A stretch of 64,000 nt of DNA, from NCBI GenBank assembly GCA_016715625.1, contig JADJZU010000001.1:74872-138871 (forward strand), written 5' to 3'. The position numbers were made by a program, and so were the translations under genes. The DNA comes from Bacteroidota bacterium. GTDB lineage: Bacteria; Bacteroidota; Bacteroidia; Chitinophagales; LD1. Below, in pieces: positions 58,556 to 64,000 of this stretch. Numbering within the stretch: position 1 is the stretch's first letter; each line of letters begins with the position of its first letter. The notes beneath the pieces were generated by a model. That model was not told where the DNA came from. It worked only from the letters and a program-made list of their open reading frames with translations, and made no database searches.

Positions 58556-60673
58556 TTATTCACCTACTGCACTAGAACGAACCTTTCCCTGATTTTTAGC
58601 AATTACCGTAGAGGCAATATTCTCCGGTGCCGGTTGGAAACTGTGAAACTCCATTACAGAAGTTGCACGACCAGACGTAATGGTTCTCAACTGTGTTACG
58701 TATCCGAACATTTCGCTCAAAGGAACCTTCGCCTTAATTACTTGCGCATTCAACTTAGCTTCCATTCCCTCTACGAGCCCACGTCTGCGGTTCAAATCGC
58801 CTACCACATCACCTGTATTCTCATCAGGAGTAATTACTTCCACTTTCATAATAGGCTCCAATAACTGCGGTTTGCAGTTTCTTGCTGCAGTGCGGAAAGC
58901 CAACTTGGCACATAACTCGAAAGAAAGCGCATCGGAGTCAACCGCGTGGAAAGATCCGTCAAACAAACGCACCTTTAAGCTATCTAACTCATAACCAGCT
59001 AAAACACCGGTTTTCATGGCTTCTTTAAATCCTTTTTCCACCGCAGGAACAAATTCTTTTGGAATAGATCCTCCGAAAATATCATTCACAAACTGCAGAC
59101 CTACAACACCCTCATCTGCTGGTCCTATCTCAATTTTGATATCGGCAAACTTACCACGACCACCCGATTGCTTTTTATAAAGTTCGCGATGCTCGATAGT
59201 TGCACTCAACTTTTCTTTGTAATTAACCTGAGGCGCGCCCTGGTTACACTCTACTTTAAACTCTCTACGCAAACGGTCTACAAGAATCTCCAAGTGAAGT
59301 TCTCCCATACCGGCAATAATGGTTTGACCGGTTTGGTCGTCATAACTCACTTTAAAAGTAGGATCCTCTTCAGCCAATTTAGCCAAACTCATTCCCAATT
59401 TATCCAAATCCTTCTGCGCTTTCGGCTCAATAGCCAAGGAAATAACCGGCTCAGGGAATTTCATACTCTCCAACACAATTGGGTGCTTTTCATCGCACAA
59501 AGTATCACCGGTGCGGATGTCTTTGAAGCCCACCGCAGCTGCAATGTCTCCTGCCTCCACCCGATCCACAGGGTTTTGCTTGTTGGCGTGCATCTGAAAC
59601 AAACGAGAGATACGCTCTTTTTTACCGGTTCTGGTATTCAACACATAAGAACCAGCATCCAAACCTCCGGAATATGCCCGGAAATATGCTAAGCGACCAA
59701 CATAAGGGTCTGTGGCGATTTTAAACGCCAAAGCTGCAAATGGTTCATCGGTATCCGGCTTGCGGAATACTTCTTCATCGGTATCCGGATTAGTTCCTTT
59801 TACTTCTTTTTTATCGGTAGGTGACGGAAGGATAGCGCAAACTGCGTCCAAAACGGCCTGTACACCTTTATTCTTGAACGAAGAGCCGCAGAACATTGGA
59901 ACTACCTTTTGTGCAATAACTGCCTGACGAACCGCTGCGCGAATTTCTTCTGCTGATATAGAATTAGGATCTGCAAAATACTTCTCCATCAATTTGTCAT
60001 CAAACTCCGCCACCTGCTCTAACATTTTTTCTCTGTATAGCTTTACCTCTTCTACTAAATCAGCAGGTATGTCAATTACCTTGTAGGTCATTCCTTTATC
60101 ATCTTCGTTCCAGATAATTGCTTCATTAGTAATCAAATCAACTACTCCTTTGAAGTGCTCTTCGTTACCGATAGGAATTTGCATCACCATAGGGGTGGAA
60201 CCCAACATGGTGTTCACCTGCTTTACTACGTTGAAGAAATCAGCCCCCTGACGGTCCATTTTGTTTACAAAACCGAGACGAGCTACGTTATAATTATCGG
60301 CCAAACGCCAGTTCGTTTCTGACTGTGGCTCCACACCATCTACAGCAGAAAACAAAAACACCAAACCATCCAACACACGCAAAGAACGGTTTACCTCTAC
60401 CGTAAAGTCCACGTGTCCGGGGGTATCGATGATGTTTACATCGTATTTTTTGTCTTTCCAGGTCCACTGACAACGGGTAGCAGCCGAAGTGATAGTGATA
60501 CCACGCTCCTGCTCTTGTTCCATCCAGTCCATGGTAGCTGCACCTTCGTGCACCTCACCAATTTTATAGTTTACACCAGTATAATAGAGGATACGCTCGG
60601 TAGTTGTTGTTTTACCGGCATCAATGTGCGCTGCAATTCCAATATTTCTCGTAAAGCTTAAATCCTTTCCCAT
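58556..60673 (-). CDS. fusA: elongation factor G
   Basis: [28 protein letters not shown] and NKMD GTPase motifs. 705 aa. Confidence 0.97.
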   Translation of the reverse strand: MGKDLSFTRNIGIAAHIDAGKTTTTERILYYTGVNYKIGEVHEGAATMDWMEQEQERGITITSAATRCQWTWKDKKYDVNIIDTPGHVDFTVEVNRSLRVLDGLVFLFSAVDGVEPQSETNWRLADNYNVARLGFVNKMDRQGADFFNVVKQVNTMLGSTPMVMQIPIGNEEHFKGVVDLITNEAIIWNEDDKGMTYKVIDIPADLVEEVKLYREKMLEQVAEFDDKLMEKYFADPNSISAEEIRAAVRQAVIAQKVVPMFCGSSFKNKGVQAVLDAVCAILPSPTDKKEVKGTNPDTDEEVFRKPDTDEPFAALAFKIATDPYVGRLAYFRAYSGGLDAGSYVLNTRTGKKERISRLFQMHANKQNPVDRVEAGDIAAAVGFKDIRTGDTLCDEKHPIVLESMKFPEPVISLAIEPKAQKDLDKLGMSLAKLAEEDPTFKVSYDDQTGQTIIAGMGELHLEILVDRLRREFKVECNQGAPQVNYKEKLSATIEHRELYKKQSGGRGKFADIKIEIGPADEGVVGLQFVNDIFGGSIPKEFVPAVEKGFKEAMKTGVLAGYELDSLKVRLFDGSFHAVDSDALSFELCAKLAFRTAARNCKPQLLEPIMKVEVITPDENTGDVVGDLNRRRGLVEGMEAKLNAQVIKAKVPLSEMFGYVTQLRTITSGRATSVMEFHSFQPAPENIASTVIAKNQGKVRSSAVGE

Positions 60674-60710
60674 TTTGTTTGGTGTCTCCTGTTTAAATAT
60701 GTTTTATCAA

Positions 60711-61178
60711 TTAGAATCTGAAGTGAGCGAAAGCCTTGTTGGCTTCAGCCATTTTGTGTGTATCCTCTTTCTTTTTGAAAGCAGAGCCTTCGCCTTTTGA
60801 AGCAGCTACTATTTCTGAAGCCAACTTATCGCTCATGCTTTTACCATTGCGCTCGCGGCTGTATTGGATAATCCATTTCATGGCCACGGCAGCCTTACGA
60901 TCGCCACGAACTTCCGTAGGAATCTGGTAGTTTGAACCACCCACTCTGCGTGTGCGCACTTCTACAGAAGGGCCCACATTTTGAATAGCCTTTTTCCATA
61001 CTTCAAGACCGTTTTCTTTGGTCTTTTCCTCTACTAAGTCAATAGAATCGTAGAATATCTCGTACGCCACTGACTTTTTTCCTTGCCACATTAAGCGGTT
61101 TACAAATTGCGATACCATTACATCACCGAATTTAGGATCAGGCTGAACGTAACGCTTGGGAGCTTTTTTCTTTCTCAT
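60711..61178 (-). CDS. rpsG: 30S ribosomal protein S7
   Basis: 155 aa with an S7 signature and its position between rpsL and fusA. Confidence 0.95.
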   Translation of the reverse strand: MRKKKAPKRYVQPDPKFGDVMVSQFVNRLMWQGKKSVAYEIFYDSIDLVEEKTKENGLEVWKKAIQNVGPSVEVRTRRVGGSNYQIPTEVRGDRKAAVAMKWIIQYSRERNGKSMSDKLASEIVAASKGEGSAFKKKEDTHKMAEANKAFAHFRF

Positions 61179-61217
61179 GGTATATGGATGAGTATTTGAG
61201 TAATTATTGTCTTAGGA

Positions 61218-61622
61218 TTATTTTTTCTTTGCCGGAGCAGCTACTGCACCTGCCTTAGGACGCTTCGTTCCGTATTTAGAACGGCTTTTCTTTCTGTTTT
61301 CAACACCGGCTGTGTCTAATGAGCCACGCACAATGTGATAACGAACTCCCGGAAGATCTTTTACACGACCTCCGCGGATAAGCACGATAGAGTGCTCCTG
61401 CAAGTTGTGTCCTTCACCCGGAATGTAGGCAATTACCTCCACTTGGTTGGTTAAACGCACCTTAGCTACTTTGCGAAGAGCCGAGTTTGGCTTCTTAGGG
61501 GTAGTGGTGTAAACACGTGTACAAACACCGCGCTTCTGAGGACAAGAGTCCAATGCACGACTTTTTGACTTGGCGCGGATGATGGTGCGCGACTTACGAA
61601 CTAATTGCTGAATTGTAGGCAT
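61218..61622 (-). CDS. rpsL: 30S ribosomal protein S12
   Basis: [10 protein letters not shown]...[11 protein letters not shown] signature. Confidence 0.95.
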   Translation of the reverse strand: MPTIQQLVRKSRTIIRAKSKSRALDSCPQKRGVCTRVYTTTPKKPNSALRKVAKVRLTNQVEVIAYIPGEGHNLQEHSIVLIRGGRVKDLPGVRYHIVRGSLDTAGVENRKKSRSKYGTKRPKAGAVAAPAKKK

Positions 61623-61645
61623 TCCGTTTTAAAATTTTGGGACGG

Positions 61646-61653
61646 CAAAAGTA
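61646..61653 (-). promoter_or_regulatory. candidate Bacteroidota -7 promoter element upstream of rpsL
   Basis: The minus strand reads TACTTTTG, an exact match to the TAnnTTTG consensus, 23 nt before the rpsL ATG. No clean TTTG -33 box was found at the expected spacing. Confidence 0.3.
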
Positions 61654-61757
61654 GATTTTGTTTCGAAATAAAAAAGCTATGAAAGAAAATAGTGAGAAAA
61701 ATAAGCAAATTGCAGGTAAATAATTGTGCTACAGAGCTGTCAATTGAATCATTTTGA

Positions 61758-62846
61758 CTAAATGTCATAGTTTAAGACAATTCCGTTGCTCTTGGGATGA
61801 GCCTGGCAAGTAAGCACATATCCTTTAGCGATTTCTGCATCTGTTAAGCTTTCGCGGTCATCCATTTCCACTTTTCCGGAAAGTAACTTGGCGCGACAAG
61901 TGCAGCAGGCAGCCACCATGCAAGAATAGGGTGGATCGTATCCGGCATCCAGAGCGGCCTCCAGGATAGTTTCCTTTTCACTTACTTCAAACTCGCGGGT
62001 GTTACCATCATAAATGATTTTAACTTTTGTTTTTCCGGTAAAAACCTCTACCGAATCGGACACTGAGCCGGATGTGGCAGCATGCCTATCTTCCTCTGCT
62101 TTGGCTGTAAAATATTCGATATGTATGCGCTCCTTCGGAATTGCTAATGCCTGTAAAGCACTTTCCGATTCCTTCATCATAGGTGTGGGACCGCAAATGA
62201 AGAACTCCGCTTGCTGAAAATGCAAGTCAGTATTCTCGCGCAAAAGCTCTAGTGCTTTTTCTTTAACTATAAATCCGGTATGTCCATTCCATCCGGCTTC
62301 CGGTGCATCCAGCACATAGACTACGTTTAACCTGCCTCCATTTCCTGCCTGTAATGCATCTAATTGCGACTTGAAAATGATGCTGGCTGTATTTCTGTTA
62401 CCATAAAATAAGGTAACCCTGCTGGAAGGTTCCGCCAGGAGAACCGACTTTGCAATGGAGATAATGGGGGTGATGCCAGAACCTCCGGCAAACAGCAGGT
62501 AATGTTTTGCATTGGTAACCGCTAACTCAGAGTGAAAATTCCCCATTGGCTCCATCACATCCACCTCCACTCCTGCCTTAAAAGTATCATTGATAAAATT
62601 GGACCCTTTTCCACCTTGCACTCTTTTCACCGCTATGGCAGGCAATTCGTTTAGATAAGGGGAACTGCAAAAAGAATAAGACCTGTTTACCTGTTCACCG
62701 TTAATGTTCAGTTTTAAAGTAGTGTATTGGCCCGGTTTAAAACGAAAAACCTCCTTGAGTGAATCAGGAACGTGAAAAGATACGGAGACCGCATCCGCTG
62801 TTTCTTGATTTACGGCTGCAATAGTCAGCCTGTGAAACTTAGACAT
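61758..62846 (-). CDS. ferredoxin-NAD(P) reductase with C-terminal 2Fe-2S domain (PaaE/PaaK-like)
   Basis: RSYSFCSSP (FAD RxYS), GGSGITP (NAD) and the C-terminal Cys cluster CMVAACCTCRAKL...LTCQA. Confidence 0.8.
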   Translation of the reverse strand: MSKFHRLTIAAVNQETADAVSVSFHVPDSLKEVFRFKPGQYTTLKLNINGEQVNRSYSFCSSPYLNELPAIAVKRVQGGKGSNFINDTFKAGVEVDVMEPMGNFHSELAVTNAKHYLLFAGGSGITPIISIAKSVLLAEPSSRVTLFYGNRNTASIIFKSQLDALQAGNGGRLNVVYVLDAPEAGWNGHTGFIVKEKALELLRENTDLHFQQAEFFICGPTPMMKESESALQALAIPKERIHIEYFTAKAEEDRHAATSGSVSDSVEVFTGKTKVKIIYDGNTREFEVSEKETILEAALDAGYDPPYSCMVAACCTCRAKLLSGKVEMDDRESLTDAEIAKGYVLTCQAHPKSNGIVLNYDI

Positions 62847-62956
62847 ATTTATTGACTTGAATTAATCGGGCGCGAATGTAAAAAAGCAAAGGTAACTCGC
62901 AGCCTAACCGGTAGCGGCTGCGAATTACCATAAAATATACTTGACTGAGTAGTTAA

Positions 62957-63373
62957 CTAGCAAAAGTGTTCAAACACCTTTTGCAAATGATTTGATATGG
63001 TCTCGGCATTATTGCCTTCGATCTGGTGTCTTTCAACAAAATGCACGAGTTTGCCCTCTTTAAATAAGGCCATGCTGGGTGAAGATGGAGGGTAAGGCAG
63101 TGTGTATTCTCTGGCTTTATTTACTGCATCTTTATCTACCCCCGCGAAAACAGCCACCATTTTGGATGGTTTTTTAGCAGCTTTACTTACCGCGTCTTTG
63201 ATGGCCGGACGAGCCGCTCCGGCTGCACAGCCGCATACCGAGTTAAAAACTAAAAAAACAGTTCCCGCGGTTTGCGTCAATGCAATATCTACATCTGCAG
63301 CGGTTACTAAATCTTCAAAGCCTACAGCAGCAAGATCTGCTTTCATAGGGTTTACTAATTCCTGAGGATACAT
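62957..63373 (-). CDS. BrxA/BrxB-family bacilliredoxin (DUF1094)
   Basis: 138 aa. The NSVCGCAAGAARP CGC redox motif and length match the YphP/YqiW family. Confidence 0.75.
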   Translation of the reverse strand: MYPQELVNPMKADLAAVGFEDLVTAADVDIALTQTAGTVFLVFNSVCGCAAGAARPAIKDAVSKAAKKPSKMVAVFAGVDKDAVNKAREYTLPYPPSSPSMALFKEGKLVHFVERHQIEGNNAETISNHLQKVFEHFC

Positions 63374-63404
63374 AGTTATATGATTATTGATTAAAAAATA
63401 GTTG

Positions 63405-63731
63405 CTATAAAAATCCTAACTCCAGTTTTGCTTCTTCGCTCATCATCTCCTGGTTCCAGGGTGGTTCAAAGACCAATTCGATGATGGCATCCTTTACTCC
63501 ACTAACCGATTTTACCTTTTGCTCCACATCGCCCGGCAGTGTGCCGGCAACCGGGCAATTAGGAGATGTCAATGTCATGACCACTTCTACATCTTTGCTG
63601 GGAAAGATATTAATCTCATAGATGAGCCCAAGGTCGTAAATATTGACCGGTATTTCCGGGTCAAATACCGTTTTGAGCACATCTACTATGGCTCCTTTCA
63701 GCTGTTCATCATGAATCTGTTCCTGGTTCAC
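63405..63731 (-). CDS. DUF59/SufT-like Fe-S assembly protein
   Basis: VLKTVFDPEIPVNIYDLGLIYEI and the LTSPNCP motif. Confidence 0.75.
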   Translation of the reverse strand: MNQEQIHDEQLKGAIVDVLKTVFDPEIPVNIYDLGLIYEINIFPSKDVEVVMTLTSPNCPVAGTLPGDVEQKVKSVSGVKDAIIELVFEPPWNQEMMSEEAKLELGFL

Positions 63732-63862
63732 GCGGCAAATCTATTTAGAATGAGTTCAAATAAAAACATTAGGAAACGTGTAAGGTTCTCCGAGCTACCG
63801 AAAAACGATAGAATCATGAAAATTCGCTTAAAACCTTTATTTAGCCTCCCTTATAGTTAAAA

Positions 63863-64000
63863 ATGGATGTAGAAAAGGAAAGGTTATCGGGAAACTTCTT
63901 AATGCCCAATTGGGTGGCGATGGAGCACCACGCGCGTTTTCGATTCGTGTCGGCTTACACCAAAGGGAAAGTAGTGGTAGATTGTGCCTGCGGCAATGGT
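63863..64000 (+). CDS. class I SAM-dependent methyltransferase, 5' part (continues beyond the window)
   Basis: ATG at 63863. The ORF is open to the window end and finishes with VVVDCACGNG (motif I, GxGxG type). Confidence 0.55.
   Translation, partial: MDVEKERLSGNFLMPNWVAMEHHARFRFVSAYTKGKVVVDCACGNG

Noticed and set aside
1-64000. I looked for a mobile genetic element, prophage or defence island anywhere in the window.
   Set aside because: I recognised no integrase, transposase, recombinase, phage structural gene, restriction-modification, toxin-antitoxin or cas-like ORF. I found no flanking direct repeats or tRNA attachment site.

Overview
This 64-kb chromosomal segment looks like a Bacteroidota genome. 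The evidence is several T9SS type A C-terminal sorting domains, one type B sorting domain, SprB repeats, DUF4296/DUF5606-like genes, and an rpsL-rpsG-fusA-rpsJ operon without tuf. About 60 protein-coding genes are tightly packed on both strands. I recognised no rRNA, tRNA, CRISPR array, transposase or integrase.

Housekeeping genes: fabD (partial), queG, clpC, rnz, uvrB, a 2-oxoacid dehydrogenase E2, yggS, metK, asnB, tilS, tdk and rplC/rpsJ/fusA/rpsG/rpsL. Seven predicted T9SS cargo genes are interleaved with them.

Most notable observations:
1. A secreted multidomain protein carries a lysyl-oxidase-like catalytic domain (12692-15100).
2. A roughly 2,400-aa SprB-repeat adhesin with a type B sorting domain is split into three reading frames (30636-37869).
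3. A two-gene module encodes a cytoplasmic tandem CbxX-type AAA+ protein with a duplicated unknown N-terminal domain, followed by a NUDIX hydrolase (39656-42723).
4. An M16-like pseudopeptidase is joined to an OmpA-like domain and split by a frame change (26478-28291).
5. A 288-bp array of 21-bp tandem repeats sits in an intergenic region (1314-1601).
6. The S10 ribosomal operon has a small secreted Cys-containing ORF between rpsJ and rplC, and it stops at a strong terminator right after rplC.

Four frame disruptions, all in the same direction and all in secreted-protein genes, may simply be assembly indels. No defence system or mobile element could be supported. The candidate novelties are hypotheses from motif-level reading only.
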